64,000 nt of DNA from a virus: the IMG/VR virus record IMGVR_UViG_3300048930_000192, positions 1-64,000 of that record, one strand, 5' to 3'. This document shows positions 43,727 through 53,568 of this stretch, one piece after another. The translations under genes and the position numbers were made by a program. The notes beneath the pieces are model-generated. The model was not told the DNA's origin and searched no databases. It worked only from the letters and a program-made list of their open reading frames with translations. The stretch's first letter is position 1. Every line of letters starts with the position of its first letter.

Positions 43727-44864
43727 ACAATCTCTTTAGTACCGATTGAATTTTAGATGATATTGCAGCACTCTTATCTTCTGCGGATTTAATAGAAGGC
43801 AATTTATTTATTGTGTTAGATATAGATTTTGACAGTCTTGTTAACTTTGTCATTTCAGAAAATAATCTGTTGTAGATAGCATAATCTAAACTCGGCGAAT
43901 CGTCTACTATTCCAGGAACATCAGATGGCTTGGGCGTCGCGGGATTCAAATCTATTCTTTTTGCTGTTAGTATCATATTACCTTCACATGATATAGTATG
44001 AGATCCTTTTGTTTTTTGTATAACATTTCCCAAAGTCTCTGTAACGCTATTACCATAAACTAATATGTTTGCATTGCCCTGAATCTCTATGTTTAGATTG
44101 TTTCCCGTTTTTAGATTGTAGTTGTTAGTTATATTCTCTGTTTTGGGGCCTTTGATTAGCACCCTACTACCATCAGAAATAATTTCATAGTTCGAACCAA
44201 CTATTCTTTGAACTTTAGAACCATCAGGCTGATATTCATCAAATGATCCTGACTTATGATACCTAAGCAGTCTTTCATAATTTAAGGTATCGTCAACTTC
44301 AAATATATGGCCAGATTCCGTCTCTGTTACTTTATTGTGCGGGTACTGAGAACCATACGGTACAGTTGGTTCGTCCCACAAGTCATTGTTTAATGCACCA
44401 AGAACATTTCTTTGTCTGCTATCGTTTCTGGCTTTAACTACGGTTTCATCTATCTTTTCATTTCTAGCTAGACGACTAACCTCGCTTTCACCAATAACAT
44501 CTGATGTTGGATAATAGCTATTTGGATCTGAGAAACCTCTAGAATAGTTTGGTCTTTCTGTGGGTCTACCGATGATAGATCCCATGACAATTGGTTGCTG
44601 GGCGTAATCGCTATCTTTGAAGAACCCCACAACCCAAGATCCGGGTAATAATCCAGATGGTGTAGTACCTATAGAGTTAACACCGGCAGTTGTAATTGGC
44701 ATTATACACTGTGCCCAAGGTAAATCTTCTGTTGGCAACATAGATTTATCGTCTGTGTGATAACCAAATACTCGGACCCTGACTCTGCCAGACTTCATAG
44801 GGTCGTCTACGTCTTCGACTACACCTTCCCACCATTTCAGAACATCGCCGAATATATTGCTCAT
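43716..44864 (-). CDS. gp5: Baseplate hub spike (gp5-like, no lysozyme domain)
   Basis: OB fold WWEGVVEDVDDPMKSGRVRVR..GYH, GSWVVGFF.D...QQPIVMG; YPHNKVTETESGHIFEVDDT; beta-helix repeats. Confidence 0.94.
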   Translation of the reverse strand: MSNIFGDVLKWWEGVVEDVDDPMKSGRVRVRVFGYHTDDKSMLPTEDLPWAQCIMPITTAGVNSIGTTPSGLLPGSWVVGFFKDSDYAQQPIVMGSIIGRPTERPNYSRGFSDPNSYYPTSDVIGESEVSRLARNEKIDETVVKARNDSRQRNVLGALNNDLWDEPTVPYGSQYPHNKVTETESGHIFEVDDTLNYERLLRYHKSGSFDEYQPDGSKVQRIVGSNYEIISDGSRVLIKGPKTENITNNYNLKTGNNLNIEIQGNANILVYGNSVTETLGNVIQKTKGSHTISCEGNMILTAKRIDLNPATPKPSDVPGIVDDSPSLDYAIYNRLFSEMTKLTRLSKSISNTINKLPSIKSAEDKSAAISSKIQSVLKRLFGA

Positions 44865-46126
44865 GTTATTTTTCCGTCTGGGTATCGTGTGGCCATACTA
44901 TCTTTGACAAGCAAGAGGTCTGTATTATAGTTGTCTCTTGTTATATTATGAGTTATTCTTGAAACACAATATACACCAGAAATATATTGATCGTTCATTT
45001 CTTCTGTTGGTAGATTAGTCGGGGCATTAGTCATTATGTTAAGGTATACGTTAGCACCCAATCTTATATTGGTATCGCCAAAAGTATTTATTGCAACTTT
45101 AAACGAATCAAATGAGTTTATACTACTTTGGCGTCTTTGTACAAAGTCCTGAAGTCGGTCATTATATTGAGAATTGTCATAACTATAGCTAGTATTTGGT
45201 ACGGTCTTCGCATAACTATCATATTTTGAACAAAGACTTTCGTTAAATACTGGCAATATACCATATTTGTTTATGTGATAATAGTTATAAAAGTCTTTAT
45301 TATAAGAATAGTTTAGTACTTTATATGACTTGTCGAAACTATCTATGAACGTAGATCCAGAGGAAAATACACCGTTAGTTATATTTTTAACAGCATCAGA
45401 AGATTCATAGATCTCGATTTCTCTAATACGAGAATATTCTATTTCCGAATTTGCCAAGAAAGATCCTGGCGCACTTGGTTGAAACTGCGAATACTTTCTT
45501 ACTGGCAACTTAGTGGTATCAAAGAAGGGTCTAAAATTATAACTATTGTCGATACCCTCAAAAAACACAAAGTTGGTATTACCAAACATATCATAGGATT
45601 TTTCTGATAATTGAGTTATACACGTAGATGGTTGTAGATACGGTAAAGCAAAGTTCTTTTTAACATTTGTTTTCCATATATTAAACTTGTAGCTCTTATC
45701 GTAATATGTTTGGCATATATCGTATATAATGTCATCGATTGTCGAAAAATAAGACTTGCTAAACTTGTGTTGCAAGTCATTAAACATATTGCAGCTGATT
45801 AACTCAAGATTATAGTTTATTGATTTTTCGTCGCCAACTCTACGAGAAATACGTCCCACGTTAAATTTGAATGATATCCTTGTTCTTGTTGGTGTAGAAA
45901 ACGTGATTTGAACTATTTCGTTGCCGATAATAGGTAAGTGTCTTGCAAGATTCAAAGAATCTGCAAGAGTTAAAGACCCCTGTACAAATAAGTCTATCAT
46001 ACTTTCGCGTATTTCAAGACTCAATAGATATGGCCGCAAATCAAGGACCATCTTATTATACGAAATAATAGAAACGTCCTCTAATTCAATTTGACCCGGA
46101 TATTGTAATGTGGGTTTATTGCTCAT
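44861..46126 (-). CDS. Baseplate hub protein (gp27-like)
   Basis: PIIGNEIVQITF, FVFFE and SGVYCVSRITH motifs; lies between gp53 and gp5. Confidence 0.75.
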   Translation of the reverse strand: MSNKPTLQYPGQIELEDVSIISYNKMVLDLRPYLLSLEIRESMIDLFVQGSLTLADSLNLARHLPIIGNEIVQITFSTPTRTRISFKFNVGRISRRVGDEKSINYNLELISCNMFNDLQHKFSKSYFSTIDDIIYDICQTYYDKSYKFNIWKTNVKKNFALPYLQPSTCITQLSEKSYDMFGNTNFVFFEGIDNSYNFRPFFDTTKLPVRKYSQFQPSAPGSFLANSEIEYSRIREIEIYESSDAVKNITNGVFSSGSTFIDSFDKSYKVLNYSYNKDFYNYYHINKYGILPVFNESLCSKYDSYAKTVPNTSYSYDNSQYNDRLQDFVQRRQSSINSFDSFKVAINTFGDTNIRLGANVYLNIMTNAPTNLPTEEMNDQYISGVYCVSRITHNITRDNYNTDLLLVKDSMATRYPDGKIT

Positions 46127-46946
46127 TTAAAATGTTATTTAAACTTTCATTTACAAGAGATAGATATTCTGGCCTTAAAATATAAATCTTTCGTTTAAGA
46201 TCGTTGATATTTTCTTCGTGTTCTCTGTTTGGTACAGAATACAAATCTCCACCATCTATGTAGTTGGATAGTGGAAACTGTGTGGTGTTTATATCATTGC
46301 CAATTAAGCCTTCATATGGATCCATTGTATAACCATCGTTGTCTTGGAAATGATGTAATGCATATGTATTATCAAACACTATTCTACCGACATTCATTCT
46401 AAATTCTATACCATCTTTGTTTGTGGATACCAAGTAGCCGCCAAGTTCTGTTTGAGGTACTGTTTCGCATATTACACAGTTATAATTCTTATCGGTGCTA
46501 AGTATGATAGATTCCCATTGCTCAATGCCATTTAACATATACTTTACAGTATTACCATTAACAAACCAACCATTCTTGATTGATAGTCTAGTAACACCGT
46601 CTGCATTTAATAGAATGTTAGAATTTAAAGCCATATAAATGGCAGAACCTTGGTATTTACTTTGTATCAATCCCTCTATCTCACCCCTGTTAAGTGGCCA
46701 TTGAAAGTATGGGTTAAATATATTATTGAAGATTAATATGACCCAATACAGAGTTGGATCACCATATACTTTATTAGCTATACTTTCCGGCTTATCGCTA
46801 TCTTTTACCAAATATTCTGTAAAAAGTTGGCCTCTATTTTTTGTATAGTGATCCGTGAACTTTACATTCCTCATAATATTAGCAACCAATTTAGTATTAT
46901 TCTGATCGTCGTATCTGTAGTTGGTTACCGGAAAGTTCTTAAACAT
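46116..46946 (-). CDS. gp53: Baseplate wedge subunit (gp53-like)
   Basis: FKNFP..Y, DKPESIANKVYGDPTLYWVIL..NNI.NPYFQWP and E..INDLKRKIYILRPEY motifs. Confidence 0.92.
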   Translation of the reverse strand: MFKNFPVTNYRYDDQNNTKLVANIMRNVKFTDHYTKNRGQLFTEYLVKDSDKPESIANKVYGDPTLYWVILIFNNIFNPYFQWPLNRGEIEGLIQSKYQGSAIYMALNSNILLNADGVTRLSIKNGWFVNGNTVKYMLNGIEQWESIILSTDKNYNCVICETVPQTELGGYLVSTNKDGIEFRMNVGRIVFDNTYALHHFQDNDGYTMDPYEGLIGNDINTTQFPLSNYIDGGDLYSVPNREHEENINDLKRKIYILRPEYLSLVNESLNNILNEQ

Positions 46947-48292
46947 TAATATCCCCCCTCGGTGAACAAATCGGCTGCTTTGCTATTGATGTCGAAGTCT
47001 TCGGCAAATAGCAGTTCAAGTTCTGTTAAAGATATTGATAGTTCTAGACCTATTGGCGATCGATAATTTTCATTGCCATTTATAGTTATTGATTCGTTAA
47101 ATAGAACCAAACTATTGCTGTCTGTATAATTTACTTTGATTGATGTAATAACACATGGCTTTATTCTATTGATATATAAATTTTCTACTATTTTATTACC
47201 GTTGAGATATAGATGCTTTAAAGTGAATATCTTGGGATATCTAATATAGAATTTATCTAAAGAAGACGTGCCGCCAGAACTATCTTGATGGAGCAATGCA
47301 CTGGGGTGGGAATATTTCTTGAGGTTATAGATAATGTTATAAATCTCGGTTGCTTCTTTAGAAGATTTTGCGTACATCTTCCATGTAAAATTAAACTTTC
47401 GACGATCTATGCCTTCGAACGTATATTCGACCATGGGGATTGGTATGGTTCTAGATTGAAATCTAATATAACCTTCAACGTCTGGTGTACCAGAAAGTAT
47501 GCTATCACTTACACCAGATGTAGTAGCAAGTATACTAGAAACGATGCCGTTTATAAGAGATGCAGTACCTTGTTTAATTATATAATTGGGAACTCCGACT
47601 GTGCCGGACATGGCAGAATTTATAACTTCTGCTGCCTTTCTAGCTGATCCAACACCCTCGTTATCAGAATAATTTAGCGAATAGTTTGATTCTAGATTTG
47701 GTGGTGCTGGTAGCCGCATTTTAACGAGCGGTGTGAGTTTCTTATTTCTAAGTCTAGTATTTTCCATGAGCACAGGTAATGTGATAAGTACCTGAGTACC
47801 GGCACTCACAAGAGCTTGGCTTGCTACACTTGCAGCGAAATTAAGAGCATACACCGACTTCGCAGCATAACTCTCTGCATTTTTGAAATTTTCTGCGGCA
47901 ACCAATGTATCTGGGCTTGAAGTATTTGTATTGGAATTGATTTGATTGTACAAACTTTCAAACCCGGCTTCATTGACATCATATGCTGTTATTTCTACAA
48001 ATGGAAACCTCGATAAATCGTCTTGAAAGTGGAGTTCATTTGGAAACGAATACAGATTTGTATTTGTGCTTGGTGATAGCTTTTCTAGTACAGGATCAAT
48101 ACTAACTGCACCATTTTGTATTGGGCTATATTTACCGAGATTGTTGTCGTATAAAACAGAATCTCTATTAAAGTCTTCTGGTATGTCGGGTGTAGGTGTT
48201 ACTGAAACCGAGTTCAGATTTATACTTTTCTTTGAGGTTACACCTGGTATGGGTGATGTTCCAACTGGTAAGTTGATGGGTTGAAAGCTCAT
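46946..48292 (-). CDS. gp48: Baseplate tail-tube cap (gp48-like)
   Basis: FEGIDRRKFNFTWKM, YPKIF, IKPCVITSIKVNY and LSLTELE-like motifs; T4-like synteny. Confidence 0.82.
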   Translation of the reverse strand: MSFQPINLPVGTSPIPGVTSKKSINLNSVSVTPTPDIPEDFNRDSVLYDNNLGKYSPIQNGAVSIDPVLEKLSPSTNTNLYSFPNELHFQDDLSRFPFVEITAYDVNEAGFESLYNQINSNTNTSSPDTLVAAENFKNAESYAAKSVYALNFAASVASQALVSAGTQVLITLPVLMENTRLRNKKLTPLVKMRLPAPPNLESNYSLNYSDNEGVGSARKAAEVINSAMSGTVGVPNYIIKQGTASLINGIVSSILATTSGVSDSILSGTPDVEGYIRFQSRTIPIPMVEYTFEGIDRRKFNFTWKMYAKSSKEATEIYNIIYNLKKYSHPSALLHQDSSGGTSSLDKFYIRYPKIFTLKHLYLNGNKIVENLYINRIKPCVITSIKVNYTDSNSLVLFNESITINGNENYRSPIGLELSISLTELELLFAEDFDINSKAADLFTEGGY

Positions 48293-48298
48293 ATAACT

Positions 48299-48323
48299 TA
48301 TTTATAATATTCGGAGATAAATA
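48299..48323. promoter_or_regulatory. Back-to-back late promoters: TATAAATA (minus, 48299-48306) for gp48 and GATAAATA (plus, 48316-48323) for gp4
   Basis: Both lie in the 40-bp divergent spacer, each under 10 nt from its ATG. Confidence 0.7.
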
Positions 48324-48332
48324 CTTTAATAG

Positions 48333-48794
48333 ATGAGTAATAACAAATCCTATAGTGGCCTTTATACTATACGCAATCCTTCGAAGTACCGTGGTGATCC
48401 GAATAATATTCGGTGGCGATCACTTTGGGAACGCAAGTTGTGCGAATATTTTGACTTCAATCCGAGCATTATATCATGGAGTCTGGAACCATTTCCTATA
48501 CCATATCTGAATCCACTCGATCGCAAATACCACAGATATTTCGTAGATTTCTGGGTGAAAATCAAAGACAAAAATGGTGTAATATCAGAAAGACTAATCG
48601 AAGTTAAACCATACTATCAAACAGTAGAGCCAAAGAAGCCAGATAAGATTAATAAGAAATATGCGTATGACATGCAAAATTGGATCATAAACAATAGTAA
48701 ATGGGAAGCTGCAAAGAAGCTCTGTGAGCAGAAAGACTGGAAATTTACGGTTATCACAGAAAAGACTATATTCGGAAAGAAAAATGATCAATAA
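48333..48794 (+). CDS. gp4: Head completion nuclease (gp4-like, TnsA-type fold)
   Basis: NPSKYRGDP, RSLWERK, HRYFVDF, IEVKP and KWEAA..F.VITE motifs. Confidence 0.93.
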   Translation: MSNNKSYSGLYTIRNPSKYRGDPNNIRWRSLWERKLCEYFDFNPSIISWSLEPFPIPYLNPLDRKYHRYFVDFWVKIKDKNGVISERLIEVKPYYQTVEPKKPDKINKKYAYDMQNWIINNSKWEAAKKLCEQKDWKFTVITEKTIFGKKNDQ

Positions 48795-49353
48795 AATAGT
48801 CGATAACCTTAGAAAGAGAGTATCGAGGGCAGATCAAACTGACCTTGCCAGCTATCGATCTTTGATGTGGTATTATAGTGAAGTTAAGCAAATAAGAACC
48901 ACGAATAATAGAGCAAAATCTTCGCCGATACCAGAACCCGGTAGAATGTTTCTGATGGAATATTCACCAAAGACTGCTCAAGACCTAGAATATTATGATG
49001 CGTATCCGTTAATATTCATTATAGATTTTACGAAAGACGGGTTTCTTGGTTTAAATTTGCACTATTTGCCGAGAATGGAAAGATCTCAATTGCTTGCTGC
49101 TTTGATAAATCTCGGCAAGAACAAGGCAGAAGATAAGATACGGCTAAGTTATCAGCTAATTAAGTCTTTTTCTAGATCTAAACACGCATCAGTTTGCATA
49201 AAGAGATACATTTCAACCAACATCAGTAACATGATACCAATATCATCTGACAGTTGGATAACAGTAAGTGGGTTACCCGTAGAGAACTTTAAGAAGAAGA
49301 ATAAAGATAGAGTTTGGTCAGAAAGTATACGAAAGTTAAATAGAAAGAACTAA
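48784..49353 (+). CDS. gp2: DNA end protector protein (gp2-like)
   Basis: PGRMFLMEYSPK...YYDAYPLIF..GFLGLNLHYLP, CIKRY; start taken at the ATG at 48784. Confidence 0.9.
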   Translation: MINKIVDNLRKRVSRADQTDLASYRSLMWYYSEVKQIRTTNNRAKSSPIPEPGRMFLMEYSPKTAQDLEYYDAYPLIFIIDFTKDGFLGLNLHYLPRMERSQLLAALINLGKNKAEDKIRLSYQLIKSFSRSKHASVCIKRYISTNISNMIPISSDSWITVSGLPVENFKKKNKDRVWSESIRKLNRKN

Positions 49354-50397
49354 ATGGCGAATAATAATCCAAAATCTATGATTCAAGATATTGTTAGCCA
49401 TGCGTCTAGTTATGGCTTTCAAAGAAGTAACAGGTTTGTTGTATTCATAAGTGGACCTAAATTTCCTCAAGGTACAGACTATGCAACGCATGTTAAGCGG
49501 TTGGCATTAACATGCAACTCAACTACGTTTCCTGGCCGCAGAATTGGTACACAGGACTTTACTGTTTATAACGTACCAACAAGAATGCCCAATAGAGAAA
49601 TATTCTCTCAAGAATTAAACCTACAATTTCTATGCAGTACAGATATGTACGAGGCTATGTATTTTAAGTATTGGCAAGACCAAGTTATGGATCCCTTGAC
49701 TAATAGCGCAAATTTTTATAATAATTACGCTAAACCATTTAATGTTACTATCATATCTATTCCTAATAGTATTAATGATTATAGCCAGCTAGCAGGTATA
49801 TTTCTAGACAATCCAGAATCTCATCCAAATAGGTCGTATGTGCCTGCGTCCGGCCTAAGAAACACAGACACAGAACAAAGTATCTATTATAGAAAATGCT
49901 TAGAATGTTATCCGGTAGAAATAGTTGCAAACGAGATGGGCACTGTGCCTGGCAATACAGTAATGACTATAAATGTTAGAATGGCATTTAAGAAATGGGT
50001 TGATCCGATAGAGTTGTGGTATAAACAATATTATGAAACATCTCGTAGAGCTGCCATAGAGTTCGATAAATCTTCCGAGAATACATGGGAACAAAATAGA
50101 ATAATTAACAATTACACAGTAACACAAACACAATATGTAGAACCAGTTGATCCGCCATGGGTAAGATTTAGAAAGTTTGCCAGAGATGTTGTACGTATTT
50201 CTGATCCAAAAGAGTTTAGAAGAGTTGCAGTTGACCAAGCAGCAGACATATTGGGATCTACGTTTGGTTTAGAAAACGTCGAAAACGCAGCCGGTGCTGG
50301 TCAAGTTATAGATGTTTATCGCAGAAACCCAGGTTCAGGATACGGAGACCTAAGAGACAGATTGCTGGGTCCAATCACAAATATCGGATTAGGATAA
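49354..50397 (+). CDS. Baseplate tail-tube initiator (gp54/gp19-like)
   Basis: RSNRF, TFPGR, F..WQD and ECYPVEI tube-fold motifs; lies between gp2 and gp26. Confidence 0.75.
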   Translation: MANNNPKSMIQDIVSHASSYGFQRSNRFVVFISGPKFPQGTDYATHVKRLALTCNSTTFPGRRIGTQDFTVYNVPTRMPNREIFSQELNLQFLCSTDMYEAMYFKYWQDQVMDPLTNSANFYNNYAKPFNVTIISIPNSINDYSQLAGIFLDNPESHPNRSYVPASGLRNTDTEQSIYYRKCLECYPVEIVANEMGTVPGNTVMTINVRMAFKKWVDPIELWYKQYYETSRRAAIEFDKSSENTWEQNRIINNYTVTQTQYVEPVDPPWVRFRKFARDVVRISDPKEFRRVAVDQAADILGSTFGLENVENAAGAGQVIDVYRRNPGSGYGDLRDRLLGPITNIGLG

Positions 50398-50409
50398 TAG
50401 GAGTATATT

Positions 50410-51111
50410 ATGTCGTTACCAAAGATCGCAGTTCCAACTTACACACTAACTCTACCTTCTAGTGGAAAAAAGATAAACTATAGGCCATATCTAGTCAAAG
50501 AACAGAAGATTCTATTAATGGCTTCTATACCCGGCGCCACATTTGAAGATGTTTATAATGCTATTAAACAGATAGCAGTAAATTGTACTTTTGGTGAGAT
50601 AGATATCGAAAGTATACCGTTGTTCGACTTCGAGTATATTTTCTTGAATATCAGAGCAAAGAGTGTCGGTGAAATAATCACACCTTCTATCAAGTGCGAC
50701 AAGTGCGACAAAGACGTGCAGGTAACTATTAACTTGGGTGATATTAAAGTTACCAAACTAACAGATAGAACTATTAAATTATCTGAAAATATTGGTATAG
50801 TATTAAATTATCCGTCATTTAGTATATCTAAGATAGAAGCAAAGCCAGACGGTAGCCCAGATGACGACTATCGAGCAATATATAATTGCGTAGATTACGT
50901 CTACGAGGGTAGTCAGGTATTTACTAAGAAGGACTTCACATACGAAGAATTTGTTTCATCTTTTATAGAATTGCTAAGTGATACCGATTATCAGAAGATA
51001 TCAGATTTCTTTATTAACATGCCAAGAATATATCTAGAAACCGAAATGAAATGTAAGTGTGGGCAAACAAAGAAGATAGAAATATCGGGGATACAAGATT
51101 TTTTATACTAA
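50410..51111 (+). CDS. gp26: Baseplate hub assembly protein (gp26-like)
   Basis: MSLPKIAVPTY.L.LPS, YRPYLVKEQKILL, DFEYIFLNIRAKSVGE, CxxC and FFINMP motifs. Confidence 0.93.
   Translation: MSLPKIAVPTYTLTLPSSGKKINYRPYLVKEQKILLMASIPGATFEDVYNAIKQIAVNCTFGEIDIESIPLFDFEYIFLNIRAKSVGEIITPSIKCDKCDKDVQVTINLGDIKVTKLTDRTIKLSENIGIVLNYPSFSISKIEAKPDGSPDDDYRAIYNCVDYVYEGSQVFTKKDFTYEEFVSSFIELLSDTDYQKISDFFINMPRIYLETEMKCKCGQTKKIEISGIQDFLY
51099..51105 (+). promoter_or_regulatory. Candidate -1 ribosomal slippery heptamer T TTT TTA
   Basis: In phase X XXY YYZ within gp26 (GAT TTT TTA TAC TAA); the -1 frame continues into the gp51-like ORF. Confidence 0.65.
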
Positions 51112-51293
51112 GCTGCATACATGAAAGTTTGATGATTTATTATAAGTTAAACTTTCAATTATCGCAGCATCATAAATTTAGCTTAGAAGAACTTGAAAAT
51201 ATGATACCATGGGAACGCGAAGTATACGTTACATTATTGAATCAGCATCTGGAAGAATTAGCAGAAAAACGTAGACAAAGAGAAGCCACATGA
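51099..51293 (+). CDS. gp51: Short gp51-like hub assembly domain, probably reached by -1 frameshift from gp26
   Basis: HESL..YYKLNFQLSQHHKFSLEELENMIPWEREVYV; the stop overlaps the ATG of the next gene (ATGA). Confidence 0.8.
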   Translation, partial: FFILSCIHESLMIYYKLNFQLSQHHKFSLEELENMIPWEREVYVTLLNQHLEELAEKRRQREAT

Positions 51294-53512
51294 CACCAGA
51301 GGACGAATCACGCAATCCTAAACCAGAACGTCGCCATTACGATGATGACCAATCATTTGAAATGGCGATGTGGGTGTGGAAACAGGAAGTTAAAAATGCT
51401 CGCGCATATGCTAGGTTCAATAAGAAGGTAGACGAGAAGTTTAATACAAAACCCGCATCTGATGGCGAATCTGATATTAATCCATCGGACTCATCACCCA
51501 CCCCAACAAAACAAGAACGTGTAAAAGCAAGAGCAGAAATAAAGAATGATGCGCAGCCTTCTGCTACACCAGATCCGGTTAGTCCAGCACCGACTAAAAC
51601 TACTAATAATGCCAAGATAGAAGATATAGAGCCGCAGTCTAAAAGAACAAGATCTAAAAAAAGAAGCCCTCTTGGTCCAATAAAGAGGGAACTTGCCAAT
51701 ATTTCTAAAAATGCATCTACAAGTGCAAGAAATAGTGGTGTAATACGCACACAAATATTGGGGCCAATAAACGAACGATTAGCTAATTTAGGTTCTTCTG
51801 TTCGCCATGCAACTACAAGAATAAACCAGTCAGAAAGAAACCTAGAAGAAAAAATAGGCAAGGTATCTGGTATTGTAAAAGATGTTAGATCTGAAAACGG
51901 AAAACTATTTGATCGACTAAAGAGTTTGCGCAATATTGGTAATATCTCTAGGGGTGTTGCCAAAGCCCGCAAACGAATAGAAGGTATAAATGAGCGCACA
52001 AAGAGTTTGCGCAATATTGGTAATATCTCTAGGGGTGTTGCCAAAGCCCGCAAACGAATAGAAGGTATAAATGAGCGCACAAAGATCATTAACAAGAATG
52101 TAAAGATACTTACCACTCAGCCAACTGACGTAGAACCACAACATCAGCCGGGTATAATGGAAAGGGCATGGACCGGATTAGGTACTAGACTTGGATTAGT
52201 TAAACGCGACGGCAATGCTGCACTAAAGAATGTTAGAGGTACCGGCAATAAAGCTAAGATAAAATCTCTAAATCCAAGAATGTCTAAAATTCCAGATCCA
52301 GGCGAATTGCCTAGTCAGTTGGGCATAGAAGCTAAGAATATCTATGACAGATATACTAGCCCGTGGTCTACTGGTACGAAATCCAGAATATTGGCAAATA
52401 TGGTTATGCCAGGTGTAACTGCTTTACCTGCATTGGCTAGATCTATAACCGGTACTTCTAAAGGTAGAGGCATATTTAAGAAGCGCAATAAAGGTAAACA
52501 AGATGTTTCAAATGCCGAAAAGGTAGAAATAAAACAAGACAAATCAGAGCAAACAGAAGATTTGTTAGAAAAGTTGAAGAATACTGTATTTAAGGTCAGA
52601 ATCGTAGAAGGCGACGACTCGCTTTTGCTAACTGGTAAAAAAGATAAAAAAGACGAAAATGGAGAAGATGGGTTATTAAAAACTCTTGCTAATGGGCTAT
52701 TATCTGGTAAAATGATGTCTACAATAATGAGCTATATTACAGGTCCGGCTTTGGGTGCAATTGGAACAGCTGCTCTTGCTATTGTATCATCTCCGGTTTT
52801 CTTGGCTGGTGCAGCAGTTGCAGTTGGGTACATATTGGGAAAAGTGATGGAAGATTTGGGTCTTTTGGATGCACTTTTAGATAAATTCCCCGATGCTAAG
52901 AAATTCTTAGACGACGCCGGGGCGGGATTTGAGCAAAGAGGCACATTAATAGATTATAGACACGAATCTAGAAAGGCGTTTGAAGCCGCTGCAAAAGGTG
53001 AAGATAATAACTTCAGCAAGACTAATCCTTTGGCTCAAAAAGCATTTGAAGAAGGAGAAAAATTAAAATTTAAGTATGATAAAATGCGCGAGGACGGTGT
53101 TTCCGAAAGAGAAATAAAGAAACAAATTCAATTGGATTATTATGGGTTAACCAAGAAATTAGAAGAAACTTCACCAAACTTACTTTCTCCCGAATATCCA
53201 TTAATTCAAAACAAGCCGGTTGATGTTAGTGGTCTTGGTATGTATGATAAATCTGGCATATTAAAAAATAATAATATATCGCCATCTGACGATAATAGAA
53301 TGTTCAACCCATTCTTTGGCCTGTTTAATGAAACTTCCAAGAAAATTGAGCAGGAAGAAAATACTAAACAAGAACAACCGGCAGCACCAATAAATGTCAA
53401 TAGTATAAGTAATAATGTTAGTACAAACAATTCTTCACCCACACTATTGGCGCCACAATCGATGTTCGATGCAAAACAATCTTATAGTAGATTTGGCTGG
53501 CTATACGCCTAA
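51290..53512 (+). CDS. Probable tape measure/baseplate hub protein (gp29 position)
   Basis: 740 aa, helical, with a hydrophobic Gly/Ala segment (GPALGAIGTAALAIVSSPVFLAGAAVAVGYILG) and an Asn-rich C-terminus; follows gp26/gp51. Confidence 0.7.
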   Translation: MTPEDESRNPKPERRHYDDDQSFEMAMWVWKQEVKNARAYARFNKKVDEKFNTKPASDGESDINPSDSSPTPTKQERVKARAEIKNDAQPSATPDPVSPAPTKTTNNAKIEDIEPQSKRTRSKKRSPLGPIKRELANISKNASTSARNSGVIRTQILGPINERLANLGSSVRHATTRINQSERNLEEKIGKVSGIVKDVRSENGKLFDRLKSLRNIGNISRGVAKARKRIEGINERTKSLRNIGNISRGVAKARKRIEGINERTKIINKNVKILTTQPTDVEPQHQPGIMERAWTGLGTRLGLVKRDGNAALKNVRGTGNKAKIKSLNPRMSKIPDPGELPSQLGIEAKNIYDRYTSPWSTGTKSRILANMVMPGVTALPALARSITGTSKGRGIFKKRNKGKQDVSNAEKVEIKQDKSEQTEDLLEKLKNTVFKVRIVEGDDSLLLTGKKDKKDENGEDGLLKTLANGLLSGKMMSTIMSYITGPALGAIGTAALAIVSSPVFLAGAAVAVGYILGKVMEDLGLLDALLDKFPDAKKFLDDAGAGFEQRGTLIDYRHESRKAFEAAAKGEDNNFSKTNPLAQKAFEEGEKLKFKYDKMREDGVSEREIKKQIQLDYYGLTKKLEETSPNLLSPEYPLIQNKPVDVSGLGMYDKSGILKNNNISPSDDNRMFNPFFGLFNETSKKIEQEENTKQEQPAAPINVNSISNNVSTNNSSPTLLAPQSMFDAKQSYSRFGWLYA
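51919..52085 (+). repeat. Perfect 81-bp tandem duplication (27 aa, KSLRNIGNISRGVAKARKRIEGINERT x2)
   Basis: Copies at 51919-51999 and 52000-52080, bounded by AAAGA microhomology (third copy at 52081-52085). Confidence 0.95.
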
Positions 53513-53515
53513 AAA

Positions 53516-53544
53516 GAAACCGAGACCCATAAAGTCTCGGTTTC
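53516..53544. terminator. Rho-independent terminator between the convergent tape measure and gp32 genes
   Basis: GAAACCGAGAC-CCATAAA-GTCTCGGTTTC, with a T run following on the minus strand. Confidence 0.85.
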
Positions 53545-53568
53545 CATTGTATTCAGTTGTATATTAAA

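Noticed and set aside
51337-52116. 259-aa minus-strand ORF and other long antisense ORFs (e.g. 53944-54498, 3783-4256)
   Set aside because: They lie opposite well-supported genes and have no SD or recognisable motifs.
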